Below are positions 38,101 through 52,124 of a DNA stretch of 64,000 nucleotides, in pieces. This stretch comes from Felis catus. Lineage: Eukaryota. Each line of letters starts with the position of its first letter. Position 1 is the stretch's first letter. The DNA is taken from NCBI RefSeq assembly GCF_018350175.1, contig NC_058368.1, forward strand, positions 118,236,001-118,300,000, in the 5' to 3' direction. The notes beneath the pieces were generated by a model. It saw only the letters and a list, made by a program, of their open reading frames with translations. It did no database searches and was not told where the DNA came from. A program made the translations under genes and the position numbers.

Positions 38101-39409
38101 GCCAGTACCAATAATGTTCTTTTACCCTTTCCCTCCACCCGCCTCCATTACTTCTCCATCCTTTCTGATTTTTTCTCTGTTAATCTCACTCAGCCTCCAT
38201 GCCCTTCTTCCAGGAGTGGTCCCTTACCTCTGGCACCCTCTGAGCTCAGGCCACACCGCAGCCTCCCTTTCATGGTCACTACACTCCATTACTGTCTTGT
38301 TTTTCCCTCACTTTCTTGGTGTCTGTCAGGTTGTATACTGAGAGCCCACTACCCAATATCTGAGCCGTCATTGTCTCTTCCCCAGTTCAGAATCCATGAC
38401 CTGGCATGCCATGAGGCAGAATGCACTATAATAAATCAATCTGATTATAACGAAGCCTCATGGACAGATTGGGCAAGAGGTTGTAAACTAATCCGGGCTC
38501 AACACCAGTTTCCAGTGCCCTAGCATAAGAGACGCACCCACGAAAAGCAAAGTGGACTACAGGCCAGTTTTACCAACTTAGGCTTTGGGCAGCATTGGTG
38601 ATAATTATGAAGGTAGTTTTTTTTTTTTTTTCTTGGAAAAGAACATACCACCAGCTTTTCCAGTAATAGGCCTCTACGGTGAGTTCATAAATTAGATTCA
38701 GATTTTTTTTTTAAAGGATCTACTCTTGGCCTAAAGCATGCATTACTATTTAGAGATAAATGATGGCATAATGTGTCAAGACTTTTAGCACTGTACCAGG
38801 TGGTTCTATAACCAATGATGCAGAGTCTCCACAATCATCAGTTCCTCCAGGGTTAAGAAAACTGTCACCTTTGATCACTGATGACTAGATTAACTTCAGA
38901 TGATCCTCTCAGGACATGTCTTAATCATTCTTTTATTCGACACATGTAATGGGTAGCCTTCTGTGTGCTGAGCACATTTCTGGATAGCATGGAGGATATG
39001 GTAAAGAATAGGAGGCAAGCCGTGCCTTCCAGGAACTTACCGCCCAGCAGGGGAGGTAAACACACACAAGTAACTCATGGGGGGAGAAATGTGACAGATG
39101 TCACAAATAAGGCATCAGGTTTTATGGGAGTTCCCAGGAGGCACAGATTACTGATGACAGCGATATCAGGGAGCAGTGGTTACTTGAGACGGTATGTATG
39201 CGGGACTAGGGTCTCAAAAGGCCAAGATTGAAGGCACACAGGACAGAGGATACAGCGTACAGCATGGGCAAGGAACAGAGTTACGAAAATGAGGTGAGAA
39301 GCGGAACGAGAACCCTTTGAGTTAGGGGTGGCTCATCTATAATGGGTTCTTGGGGGCAGGGAGTAAGGCAAGAAAGACAGTGTAGCCAGATCTCATATCT
39401 CACTTCCTG

Positions 39410-40280
39410 GGCAGTATCTCCACTCGCATGTCCAATAATGATCTTAAACTTAGGATGACCCAGAAAGAGGAGTTAATTTCCCCTGCGTCGTCCCTCAGCC
39501 TTTCTTTTTCAAGTATTTCAGATCTAAATAAACGTCCCCAGTGTCTCAGCCAAAAAACAGAGAAGCCTTTTCTGTATCTCCTTCCCCAAGCTCTATGATT
39601 TCTCGTTCCAAGCTCTATCCTCTGTCTGACTTCTTCTATCTTCTCCGTTACTACCACTGTATTCCAAGCCATCGTTTCTCACCTGCCTCCTATTTTAACC
39701 CTTGGCTTCCTACAGCAGCTTGCTTACGTGAGATTTTACCACCTTGCTTGGGTAAAACCCTCCAGCGTCTTCCAAAACACGGTGCCCCACAGGCTCATGA
39801 TCAGGACTTACCCCCTGTCACCACTCCCTCCTTGTTCTTTGAGCCCCACCTACACCACCAGCTATCCTCTCTTCTTGAGCTCACCAAGTGGATCTTCCAC
39901 AGCAGATTTGCATTTTCTGTTTCCTCCCCCAGAACGCTGTTCCCTCAGCCTGAAATGCTTCTCTTTTCTTATGCCTTTACGCGTCAGCTTGCTCACGGTT
40001 CACAGCTCAGCTCAGATGTCACCTTGGCACAAGGGCCTCCTCTGCTGACCCTCCTAAAGCAAACAGCCCCTTCTCAGTTTTTCTCTACTCAGAACTCCAG
40101 CTTTTTCCCTTATAGTGCTTATCTGAAATGCTCTCTAATACCGATGTTTGTTTTTCCGTTTTATCACCACCACTCCTACGAACATGTAAGCTCCATGGGG
40201 GCTTTGTCTTAGCACTGTCCCTTCAGTCCTTAGCACAATCCTAGCCTGCAAAGGTACTTAATAGTTATTCATGGAATGCA
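39410..40280 (+). mobile_element. L2 LINE fragment
   Basis: Pyrimidine-rich L2 3' region (ctcagatgtcacc..., gtaagctccatg..., cttagcaca). Confidence 0.6.
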
Positions 40281-40473
40281 GGTGGTCTGGGCCACACACC
40301 CAGAAATTCTGATTCATTTGTCTGGGCTGGGGCCAGGCAAAAGAAGAGTTAATTAATTTGAATCTTTTAACCGCAGGCATATTTTTTAACCATGTTATAC
40401 CTAGCATGATCCCCAGGTAGTTCTAAGTTTAAGACAGAGTTAAGACCTTGGTCTTGAGAATGGAAATCTTGCT

Positions 40474-40643
40474 AGTATCTTACTATTCATGGTGGGGTCC
40501 TTGGACCAGCAGCACAGGCTTCACACCGTTACTTGTTAAAGATGCAGCATCTCAGGCCCCACCCCAGACTTAGAGAACCAGAATGTGCAGTTTAATGAGA
40601 TACCCCAGGTGACTTGTAGGCATATTAAATATAAGCAGCACTG
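40474..40643. mobile_element. MER5A-like hAT-Charlie MITE
   Basis: ggaccagcagca...ttgttaaagatgcagcatctcaggccccaccccagac...ccccaggtga. Confidence 0.75.
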
Positions 40644-42030
40644 ACCTAGCAGAAATACAGAATTCCCGAGGATTAAGTGCTTTGAGTTTGGCAGGGTGAG
40701 GTTGTTATATCTGTAGGACATTGAGGTGGGCTTGTCGCTAAGACCATTGGGAAGGTGTTTCTGAAGCCCCAGAATGAGGATTTAAGAGGAAGTGGGTATC
40801 TTCACCAAAATGCTCTTTGAGGGTTGGCGTGTAGGGGCTTGGTGAGGTCATCCGGGGAGAGAAGAACGAGACAAGAGAAGACAGAGTTGATGGGCCACAG
40901 GAGAGCCCCAGGATGGCACGAGAGGAGGGGAGCTGAGGTGTGGAAGTGAGAAAAGAAAGAGACCGATGAGGAATGCTTCTAAATTAAGTCAGGACAAGGG
41001 ACAAGGTCAAGAAAGGGGCAACCCAATGTGTCAGCTGTGCAGAAACATCAGGGGACACAGTCCAAGAAATAACCATGAGTTGTGTCTGCAGAGATGGGTG
41101 GATGGGGGAGCCACGAGAGGGGAGGAGCGGCTTGCACCAGTGTGAGGAGCTGGAAGCAGTGAGCCCACACCACCCTCCTGGCAACAACTGTGGTCCCACC
41201 AAAAGAAAATTCATGTCTCGAGGGAGTAGGAAGGGAAAGAAGCTTTTCTTGAATGAGAATGAGAGACCTGAGAATGTTTGTCAAGAAGAAACCTGCAGGC
41301 AAAGGGACCGAATCGACTGCAGATCCAAAGAGAATTTAACTGATAAGGCCAGGCGTGCAGCGCGTAGGAGACAATCAGATGAAGAAGTGTAGGCTACACT
41401 CCTGTGCGTGTTAACACGGAGACCGACCTAGGCGGGTGCCAGGGAAAATAATAGGCTGCCTTCGACGAAAGAAGCTGGGTGAGCGTGGGAAGGCAGGGGC
41501 AGCTTTCTTTTCAATTTAAGAAATAAGAAATGAGAAGTAAAACTAGGGAGAAAACACCTGTGTGCACTCTAGCCAGACTTCACAAATGTTAACATTTTCT
41601 CAAATTTATGTCAGATCTTTTCTATGCATGAGATAAGACATTAGAGAGAAAGGTGAAGTTCCCTCTCTTTCCTTTTTGCATATTTCTCTCTTCCTGTGAG
41701 GCAACTACTATTATGAGCTTAGGGTGTGTGTAATGCCCACAAACAGTGTGCTGCCTACTTTTGCAGTTGGCTTTTCTTCACTCAACAGGATATCTGAGAT
41801 CTATCCACTTGGACACACCCATGCAGATACATCAACAGATGTTATAGGAGTAAATTCTATAAGTAAGCGCTGATCTTACAAATGGCCTCCACTGTAAGTG
41901 CGTATATTCTGTAGGGACAGACATTTGTGCTAGTTTTTCACTGCTGCTGCGAACATCCTTGCACATGAAGAGGTGTATTTTTTACTGTCGTTTCTTTTGA
42001 ACTTTCTGAATTTTTTACCATGTGTATTTT

Positions 42031-42254
42031 TTTTTTTTAATTTTTTTTTTCATTTATTTATTTATTTTTGGGACAGAGAGAGACAGAGCACGAACGGGGG
42101 AAGGGCAGAGAGAGAGGGAGACACAGAATCGGAAACAGGCTTCAGGCTCTAAGCCATCAGCCCAGAGCCCGACGCGGGGCTCGAACTCACGGACTGCGAG
42201 ATCGTGACCTGGCTGAAGTCGGACGCTTAACCGACTGCGCCACCCAGGCGCCCC
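42031..42254 (-). mobile_element. Young CanSINE (SINEC_Fc)
   Basis: Perfect TSD TACCATGTGTATTTT. Confidence 0.95.
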
Positions 42255-42320
42255 TACCATGTGTATTTTGAACAGGTGTTTGAAATAAGAAAAATTCATT
42301 TTCCTTAAAAACCTGCCGAT

Positions 42321-42480
42321 TAGTGTTTCTCAAAGTATGATCCAAGGGATGCCAAAATTAGAATTACATGGGACATTTGTTATAAATGCAGATCCCTGGG
42401 CCCGGCCTCAGATCTACTGGTTCTACACTATAATAATTCTCCCCAGGAGATTCTCAGGCATTCTCCAGTTTGGGAAGTTT
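42321..42480. mobile_element. MER5-family MITE remnant
   Basis: agtgtttctcaaagt...aaatgcagatccctgggccc...agtttgggaa. Confidence 0.65.
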
Positions 42481-42710
42481 CAGAGAGACAGACGGTTCCT
42501 CTGAGAGGGGATGGGGGTGAAGAGAGGTATGCAAGGAAAAGAATGGAGAATAACACTGATTGACAGCTCCTTTGTGCCAGGCGCTGTGCTAGGAAATGAT
42601 ATTTGGAGTGGCAGGGAAGGGGAAATCCATGGGGATTTATCAAGATAATACATGTAGGAAGTTCAGAAGTTCAGCAAAGGTGACCATGGCAGTTAAAAAT
42701 AGGCTTTGGA

Positions 42711-42913
42711 GGGGTGTCTGGGTGGCTCAGTCAGTTAAGCATCTGACTTCAGCTCAGGTCATGATCTCACAGTTCTTGGGTTCGAGCCCCGCGTCGGGCT
42801 CTGTGCTGACAGCTCAGAGCCTGGAGCCTGCTTCAGATTCTGTGTCTCCCTCTCTCTCTGCCCCTCCCCTGCTCATACTCTGTCTCTCGCTCTCTCAAAA
42901 ATAAATAAACATT
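42711..42913 (+). mobile_element. CanSINE
   Basis: Head, CT tract, short tail. Confidence 0.92.
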
Positions 42914-43165
42914 GGGGCACCTGGGTGGCTCAGTTCATTAAGCATCTGACTTCCGCTCAGGTCATGATCTCATGGTTCGTGGGTTCAAGCCCAGCATTGG
43001 GCTCTGTGCTGACAGCTCGGAGCCTGGAGCCTGCTTCGGATTCTGTGTCTCCCTCTCTCTCTGCCCCTTCCCTGCTCACCCTCTGTCTCTTTCTGTCTCT
43101 CCAAAATAAATAAACATTTAAAAAAGTTGTTTTTAAGTAAGTAAACATTAAAAAAATTTTTTAAA
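42914..43165 (+). mobile_element. CanSINE, tandem to the previous copy
   Basis: Second head immediately after aaataaacatt. Confidence 0.92.
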
Positions 43166-44124
43166 AAGGCCGTAGAGTCCACCACTTAGTGTCTGTGTGC
43201 CCTTGGGAAGTCACACAACCTCTCTGAGCTTTAGTTTCCTCATCTGCAATATATAATAGTACCTGACTGAAGAATTTTATGAAGATCGAATGATTTAAGG
43301 CACATAACCTGCTTAACCTAGAATTTGAAACTTTTTAGGTGGCCACCGAATGAGGACAGTAGTGGTGAGTGCAGAAGTTTAATCCCCCTTCGTAATCCGT
43401 ACGTACACATCTCATAGTTTGGGTCATGGCCCATTTTTGAAACTACAGCTGAGGTTTATAGCATCCAGATGCTGCTTTCCTGTCACATGGATGGAGATCT
43501 TCGATATGTAGACCTCAGCCACTCTCTTCTTCTCATGGGGAAATATGATTAACACATACAATCAGCTGTAAGACGCCGGTTCTAGAAATGTATCAAAATG
43601 GAAACTGGGGAGTCCCTGTGTTGTTTGAGATGGGGGGCTGGGTCCGAAGCGTAGAGATTTTAAACTCTGAGTGTAAATATATACCTTAACATGCACATGC
43701 CCCCTCATAGCGTGCACACGGCCCAAAATGATCCCCGTGGAGGAGTAGAGTGTATGTCGACACAGGGGCAGTGGTAACACAGCAGTAGCTACCCCTCTTC
43801 CCCAGGAGTGCCTTTCCAATAGGGCCATTGGCTGGAGGGCGAAGGAACCAGAGCAGAGGGAAAGTCTGCAAGGGTTTGGTCGGAGGGGGTGGGGGGGAGG
43901 TTCTGGTCTGCAGACAAGGAGCAGAGAACGATGACCCAGGGTGGCCACTACCTTTCCTTCCTGTGTCCTGTGTCTCCGTTCACCTTTCTCCTGTGACGTG
44001 CCTCAGCCCCCGCAAGCCCAAATCTACCATCACAGCCAGGGGGCAGTGCTCAGGATCCCTGGCTTAGAGTTCACATACAGAGGTCTGAGTCCCAGCTCTG
44101 CCTCTTAGGATCTGTGTCACTTAA

Positions 44125-44880
44125 CTTTTTTTTTTTTTTTAATAGGCTTTATGTTTTTAAAGCAGTTGTTAGGTTCACAGCAAAATTAAGAGGAAAGCGC
44201 AGAGGGTTTCTACTTGCCCCTCCCCCCACATGGCACAGTCTCCCTTGTTAGCAACATTCCCACCTGAGCGGTACATTTGTTACAGTGATAAATCTACCCT
44301 GACGCATCATACTCTGCTGAAGTCCATAGTTTGTAGCAGGCTCACTCTCGGTGCTGGGCATTCTGTGGGTTTGGGCAAATATATGATGACAGGTGGGTAT
44401 CTGCCGCCACTGGAGTATCAGACGGAATCGTTTCACTCCCCTAAAAATCTTCTGTGCTCTGTCTATTCATTCCCTTCCCCCCAGCCTCCTGGAAACCACC
44501 GATCATTGTGCTGTGTCTTTACTTTTGCCTTTTCCAGAATGTTGTAGAGTTGGAATCATATAATGTGTAGCCTTTATAGATTGGCTTCTTTCATTCCATA
44601 ACATGCATGGAAGGCTTCTCCACATCTTTCCCTGGCTTGATAGCTCATTTTTTTTTTATTTTAATGTATATTTTTGAGAGGGGGGGAGGGGCAGGGAGAG
44701 AGGGAGACAGAGGATCCAAGCAGGCTCTGTGCTGACAGCAGCAAGCCCAATGTGGGGCTCAAACTCATGAACCAAGACATCATGACCTGAGCCAAAGTCA
44801 GATGCTCAACTGACTGAGCCATCCAGGTGCCCTGATAGCTCATTTCTCTTGAGTGCTGAATCATATTCTAACATGTGGAC
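44125..44880 (-). mobile_element. LINE-1 3' end (L1MC-like), interrupted by a SINE
   Basis: Poly-T then aggttcacagcaaaatt..., ttttccagaatgt...gattggcttctttca. Confidence 0.8.
44651..44832 (-). mobile_element. CanSINE
   Basis: Perfect TSD TGATAGCTCATTT. Confidence 0.92.
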
Positions 44881-47800
44881 ATCCTACCTTCTCTTAGCCT
44901 CAGTCTACAGGGCTCTGGGTAGCAGAGGCTGAGAGAATTTGTAATAATGATAAGCATGAATGTTCTAAGTGCTCGATACCACCCACTCTGCTGAATGCCT
45001 CTTTCTGCCCTACCTTACCTCATCCTTCCTAAAACTTGTCACATAGGTCTTAGGAACAACCGCCCGCCCCTTCCCTTACAGATGAAGACACTAAAGCTTA
45101 GGGGAGATAAATCATTGGTCAAGGCCACAGATCCAGGAAGGGAACGGTCTGGAATTTGAACCCAAATGTTCTGACTCCAGGTTTTAGTATTGAGGCTATA
45201 ATCTTCCAGGAAGATTCTTGCCAGTGTTTGGCACATAGAGAAAAACGTGTCACCAAACTTATTATTGTTACAATTTTTGCAGCAGAGCCATTTAAATTGG
45301 AAGGTCACGATTCTTTTCTAAAGAGAAATATGAGGCACTGGGAGGGGGGGGGGGTCAGAAACTTCCTCATGCCTCACAAGCCTGGAACCAGAACTAAAAG
45401 CCATGGTTAATGGAGGCTCTGAGTTGCTCCGAAGAGGGTACTGGTGGTTTTTTTTTAAGGTATCATCTCCTGAGCACTTACCAGATAGGTTATCCCATCC
45501 AATGCTACAACAACCCATTTTAGGAAACAGAAGAGCCCAGGAGACTCAGCTCTGCTCATCATCCACCCCTGAAGCTTCTCCCGTGTTTTCTGCCCCACCC
45601 CGCCCCCACCTCCCCGCTCCCCACCGCAGCCTGGCCAACATTTGCAGCTCCGGGCGTGCGTCACGGCACAGAGGCAGCCCGGGAACGTCTGGGTCTGACC
45701 GGTGTCTGGCCTGAGGTGTGGGTGCCTTGGCAGCCGGCTCCAGCTCTTCCTCATCTTCCTGGTCACAGTACCCACTGGCCCCCGGCACCCTCTGCCGGGG
45801 CACACCTGCTCACTCCCTGTCCCCTCCACTTCCTTCTGCCCTGGATTTCCAGACAGAGTCAAAAATGGGTCCACATCAAATAAGATTTGTTTGCTCTCAG
45901 TGTAATTTTCCATTTATAGACAGCTTTCTCTCAGGAGGCACTGTCCTCCTTCCTCTGTCTCGGTTTTTTCTGGGTATTTGAGGATAAACTGCTGATGGTT
46001 GTTTTTAAGCCCTGCGGTCAGCAGCCCAGCCGGTCGTTCATTCAGAATGTCTCCAGAGAGCCTGCAGTTGTTACCCTTATAGGATTTATGCTAATTTCTG
46101 TGGCCTCTGAGATCTCTGTGGAGGTGTGTAGCGTTAAAAAGAAATGCCCGGTTGGGGCCAGCAGGGTCCTCATCCACAGGCTCATCCTGGTGCGATGATG
46201 AGGATGAGAAGACAACAGAAAGAACAGCTGCTGCTTAGAGCATACTCCTCCAGGTGCTAAATGGGATTCGCTTCTTCCTCTGACGTATAAGTGCTGCTCT
46301 GACCCCATGATACAGATGAGGACGTGGGCAGACAGAAGCCAGGGCCGTGGCTGACCTCTCTGGCCCAGCCACCCCACACGCCCCTTCCAGCCCTGGGCTC
46401 TAGCCATACCAGCTTCGGTCTGGTCCCTTGGATCACCATGTTCTCCCACCACAGTTCCTTTGCACACGCTCTTCCCCTTGCCTGGGCCACTTTCTCCTCC
46501 ACTGTGCGCCGAATCCTCCCTGACCCATCTTTCAGATCTCAACTGCAAATTCTCCAAGGATGCCCTACTGCCTCCCCCCGACCCCCGCCAGCAAGATGCT
46601 CCATTAAAGTTCAGATAGCCCTGCCTGCCTCTGCTCAAGGGTACTGGTCTGGACTGAAATCCTACTTTTACTTGTGCGATTTTCTGGCTAACATCTGGCT
46701 CCCTCTCCGGACCCTTAGTCCACGAGAACAGGGGCTTGAAAGTGCTACCTTGTACATAATTCCACCACTATGCTTCCCACGCCGGACCGAAACGATTTAT
46801 TGATTCATTTTTCTTATCTCTTGGTCTGTGAATTTCCTGAGGGCAGCGTCCAGGTCTTTTTCTAACACGGTGCTCAGCTCAGTAAATATTTGGTGAGTTG
46901 AATTGAATGGACGGGATTTAATGGAACAGTGTAAGTGGAGAAAGGGCGCCTGAAAACTCAGAACTCAGAGCCCACAAAATACCGTCATTCTGAATCCACC
47001 CCCCACTCTTGGAAATCTGGAGCGATGTTAGAGAGAAGGTTAGCTTTTTAAAAAAGCCAAGTTCCCTTATAATTTGGATTGTGGCATAGAGGGAGCCATG
47101 ACTCTCCCAAAGAAGCATCGTATTACAGTCCTAAAGCCAAGAGAGGTGAGGAAGAAAGCACATCTGCCTCTCAGAGGTTCATCCGAAGTTTAGAAAAAGT
47201 CGGAGCGGAAATAACTAGCGGACTCTCACTGGAAGCTGTGCTGGGATTTGGCTCCTTACGGCCCCCGGCCTTGCGTCATTTCCTTATCTCTCTTGGGGGA
47301 CCTCGCCTGGCTTCTTCCCCACTGCTGTCATTGCTGACTTTGACTCTGTAAATGTTGTGGTCTGGTTGCATTGGAAGCACCCCCGTCTTTGGGGCTGGCC
47401 CTTTCCAGGCGCTGATGTCCTTTGGTCTGGCAAATGGGTCCTAGGGTTTCCATACCTGAGAGACGGGGTTGGGGAGCGGGGGAAAGAGAACAAACAGGGC
47501 TTCTCTTCTGTCCGGGGGATGAGGAGGGTGAGGGGCAGTCTGTGGGTTACAGGCCTGGTGCTCACCCAGCAGAGTTTTATGAAGATAAGTGCCAGGTAAC
47601 CGCAGGCTCCCACATCCAAGCGGGGCCCAGCCTCAGCCCTACCCACCCCAGCTCCAAGGAAAACACGCAGCTATTTGGAAAAGCTACTTTCATCCTGCCT
47701 CCTCCTTCCTATCGTAACAGATCATGAGCCTGTTCTTCCGAGGGCTGAATAGCCCCTTTTAAGATGTTAGAAACCTTTTCTGAGTAAGAGGATTAACCTA

Positions 47801-49474
47801 GTTGAATTTAATAGTAGTAGCACATGATAGATTAACAGTAACGTGAAGAACAGTGAGGCTCCAGTGACCCATTATGACGTTGGCTCGTGGACTGCCAAGC
47901 ATTTTGCAATAAAAACGCCGACTAGTTATCACACAGGATGAATTAAAGGGACACTACCCTCTGTTGTCCCCCACTGTGAACCTGCTCCTAGCAGGCTCCC
48001 TGGCAGATACGTAAACTTTGCTTTGCAAATATCTGTTAAACTAATTCCGGGATTTACTGAGTGAGGCTAACTTAAGGTTCTGACACTTTTCCAGAGTGGG
48101 ACAGAAAGCCTTCATTTTAAACATAGTTTGCTCCAACATTTTGGGTAATGGCACATAGAACTATTTGCCATTCTCCTTTAGCTTCTAGACTTAGTTCCCA
48201 CCCATCCAAAATTTTGAATGTATTCCTGAGAGTTAACAAGTTAAGTGGAATCCCACTGGCGCAAATCAGATCAAAGGAGGGTGTTTTGGTTTTTGTTTTT
48301 TTAAATAGCAATCAAAGAGTCATTTTTAAAGAGGAGACAGAATCCTATGTAACCTGAAAATATAGCACAAATATTAAAGCGAACATCTTGGGGTTCCAGT
48401 GGCTGAGGTAGGAGAAATATACGGTGAAGTTGGAAATGGAGATTAGAGCTGAAAATCAGATTGAAAATCTGACTGCCCTTGGTGGGCTGGGCCGCAGATG
48501 GTGCCATGGAACCCTAGGTCCAGAAGAGGGCGCTCTGAACTAAGTGTGCCAACGGCTGTGGTAAAATCTGGAATCTCTAGAAGAGACTGGTTATACTTGT
48601 CTTTCCTTTTTTTCTACGTTTTTGTGTTGTCTTGTAGGCATAAGAGAGAGAGTTTTCATCCCCTGTGCCAACGAATCATCTTCTGAAAGTATTACTAAAC
48701 CGAGGATTTCACAGATTGAATACCAAACCCCAAGAGGATCATCATGTTTAAAAAAATCTTTTTAATGGCCTTCAACCTTTGGTCTCCCGAAAATCTGTGA
48801 ACAAATTTTCCACACCATGGACTCTTTCACTATGTTTAAATGGCCCCTCAGGAATTGGTGTATTCTTCGAATATCGACCCTACACGTAGAAAATGGATGG
48901 TCAAATCAAGCAGGGTGGACTTACTTGATGTTTCTGAGGGTTACGTGTCTGTGTTACATATTTATCAAGTGAATGAATGAAAGGTACCGATCTGTGTGAG
49001 TGTGGTACTTACCCACAGCATCTTGATTAACAAGGAAGCTGTATCTTTGTCAGCTTTAAAGCCTAAAAGATACTTTAAAGCCTTGTTTCCATTTACCAAC
49101 TTCTTTGGAAACACAGTTTCTTCCCTACAGTTTTTATTCCCAGGCCCTGAGGGAAGAGCAGACAGTTTCAACAAGTACTTGGAGGAGACGGCATACCATG
49201 TGCAGGCTCTGTGACTGGCAAATTTGATATTAAGAATTTGTCCTATGGCAGGACTCACACCAGTACCCAGAGGCCAATGCGTGAGGTTCACAGCAGCGTT
49301 GTTAATAGCAGGAATTTGGAAAGCATGTGCCCCAGTAATGGAATGATAAATTGTACAGCCAAGCAAATACCAGGCGGCCATAAAAAAGAGAGCTAGACAT
49401 AAATGTCCATAGATGAGTGGGGGGGAAAGGAAGCCCTAGAACAATATATGTGGAATTATTCTATAGCTGATTTT

Positions 49475-49690
49475 TAAATGTTTTTTTAATTCTGAGAGAG
49501 AGAAAGAGGGACAGAGCGTGAGCAGAGAAGGGACAGAGAGAGGGGGAGAGAGAATCCCAAGCAGGCTTTGCACCATCAGCACAGAGCTCGACTCAGGGCT
49601 CAATCTCACGAACCGTGAGATCATGACCTGAGCCAAAACCAAGAGTGGGACGCTTAACTGACCAAACCCCAAGGGCCACCCAGGTGCCCC
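49475..49690 (-). mobile_element. CanSINE (small insertion in head)
   Basis: Ends ccacccaggtgcccc; GA tract. Confidence 0.88.
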
Positions 49691-51542
49691 TGAATTTTAA
49701 AATTATGCGTGTATCTGTAGATACAGAGCTAGCAACCTGAAAACCTGATGAGCTCTAGAAAATGGGATGGGGTGGGTAAGGAGGAACTCACGTTTTATTT
49801 TGCTTTTGCAGGTATTTTTCTAACTTAAAGGAAAAACCAATAACATCTTTAAAGCCCTCTGAAAAGAGGGCAAAAATGCTATCCACTCAGTCCTTTCCTA
49901 CAGCTCCCAAACTCGCTAAATCCATCCTCCTGGAGAATGCTTCCCATGCCCGCCCCCCCCCCCCCCGCCCACTTCTGCCCTGAGTCCTGTTGCTTCCTGC
50001 AGGCCCGAGCATCCCAAAGGATGCCAGAGCCCCAACACCTCACAGTCCTCCCTGGGCCTCTGGAGTCCTCCTTCCACCTCACTCTTCTATCCAAAGTGCC
50101 TGTGATCTCCTCCAACACCAGGGTAGCACACTTGTGACCCATGAGCCTGATGTGGCCTAAGGCTATATAGTTTGCTAGAGCCACATATTTGGTTGTGTTT
50201 ATTCTTAATCGATTTGATGCTTACTACTTGGGAAGTTTCACTTAGAATTCCTGCTCTCTGTCTTCTCTTCAACCACTAGGAGATCTGGCCCACTACACCC
50301 ACCTTCCCACGTGGCTAGAATTAAGTGTCAGCCTGACCCAGGGTCTCCACTGCTCTGTCTTGTGGAATCTCCTGGCCCTGCGGGCAGGAGAGCTTTTCAT
50401 TCCATTTTAGACCCTTCTCCTCTATCTGGTTTCAACAACAGCACCAGCTTCTAGATCTTCTTCTTTCTCTTTAGCTGCCCTTGTTCAGCATCCTGTCCTG
50501 GCTTCCTCTCCGTTAGCCATCTTTTGAAGTCCAGCATTCCTCAGGGGTCCGTCATTGGTATATATGCTCTCCTTGTCTCCCTGAGTATCCTGTCTTCCTC
50601 AGGCTCCACTCATGTCTCCAAAATCCCAAATTGCCTCTGCCTTAATTAATGACAGTACAGTGGTTATAAAGTAACCCAAACCACAGACCTTAGTCATACT
50701 CCCTTTCCCTCACTACCCACAGGCCTCTCCTAATGATTTGACCTAACTATTCCTTGCGTTGTCCTTCCTTTCCTTCCCTGCCATCATTGTCTTGAGTCAG
50801 GCCAGCAAAATCTTGACCCCTTATCCAAGGCAATTGCTTCTAATTTTTCCCTCTGTAGCTTATTCCTCTTAACTCATGCACGACACCTCCAGCCTTGTCC
50901 TTTCAAACCACAAATCTGATTGGACCTCACACTTCCTCAAATGTACTTCATGATTCTTCACTGCCTACAGGCCAAAGTTCAAACTTCTTAGCTTGGCATT
51001 CAAGGCTCTTTATGATCTGGTTTCAGCCTTTATTCATTCAGGCAACAAACTGAGCACCCATGATTTGTCAGGCCTTGAAGATACTTTTGTGAAAACAAGT
51101 CATGGTCCCTGCCCTTATGGGACCACATTGTAACTGAGTCCTTATTGACTCCCCACCCTCAACATGCACCACACGCGTTAAAGGACAAGGAAAAATTCAA
51201 TACCAAGGAACTAAGAGAATAAAGAGTAAATCCAACTTTAGAATAAATGGTCAGGCAAGACTCCTTGAGGAGATGACATTTAACCTGAAACCTGAAGGGA
51301 GAAAAGATTCTAAACAAAATCCCTCCTTCTCATTCTGGCCTCTCTTCACTCCCTTTTCCTGTCTACTCTGCACTCCACGCAGGCTGAACCATCATCTAGT
51401 ACTTGTATACATTGTCCTTGGGGGTGCTTCTGCCCTAACTGTGATCTTCTCAATGAGAACAGTTCAAACTGGGTCCCCAGTTGTTCATTTGGGTCCCCAG
51501 TGCCTGGCATGTAGTAGGCTCAATAACTGTGAGATGAAAAAC

Positions 51543-51545
51543 TGG

Positions 51546-51581
<36 letters not shown>

Positions 51582-51715
51582 GTAACTGGAGGGATAGGTG
51601 AGTGGGTGGGTGAATGGATGGGTAAATGGATGGACAGATACATGGGTGGGGGGTGGGTGGATGGGTGGGTAGATGATGGATAGATAGGTGGATGGATGGA
51701 TGGATAGATGGGTGA
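51543..51715. repeat. (GGAT)n/(GGGT)n degenerate tetranucleotide repeat, probably an L2 tail expansion
   Basis: Follows cagtgcctggcatgtagtaggctcaataa. Confidence 0.9.
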
Positions 51716-51924
51716 GTAAAAACACACATGCTTTAAGCTGAACTGAGTCTATTGTCTTTGGGGGATAATTTTATAACCAACAAAGCTAAGGCTTTGACTT
51801 TGCAGGAGTTGGTTTGCGCTAGAGAAGAGTGACTAAAAAGAATTCTCACTCAGGTTCTCTACCACTTTAGTTACATGTCAGTTTTTCTATCTACTCATCC
51901 TTATTATTGTGAAATGGGCAAGTC

Positions 51925-52082
51925 TTTTTTGAATTGAAGTATAGTTGACATGCAATAATATATTAGTTTTAGGCATACAACGTAGTGATTCAACAATTAC
52001 GTGTGTTACAAAACGCTCACCACAATAAGTGTAATTACCATCTGTCACCATATAAAGTTAATGTAATATTATTCACTATATG
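51925..52082 (-). mobile_element. LINE-1 3' terminus
   Basis: ttgaagtatagttgacatgcaataatatattagtttt...accatctgtcaccata. Confidence 0.8.
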
Positions 52083-52124
52083 CTGGGCAAACATTTTTTC
52101 CTTAGAAATTAAGAAAACAATAAC

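Noticed and set aside
39541..40212. Longest ORF in the track (223 aa)
   Set aside because: It lies in a pyrimidine-rich L2 remnant, has a non-ATG start and S/P/L-biased composition, and shows no recognisable domain.
46042..46803. Overlapping 198-aa and 159-aa ORFs
   Set aside because: GC-rich, L2-like sequence open on both strands, with no homology or exon structure recognised.
51273..51729. W/D/G/M- and H/P/S/I-rich ORFs
   Set aside because: Artefacts of the (GGAT)n repeat.
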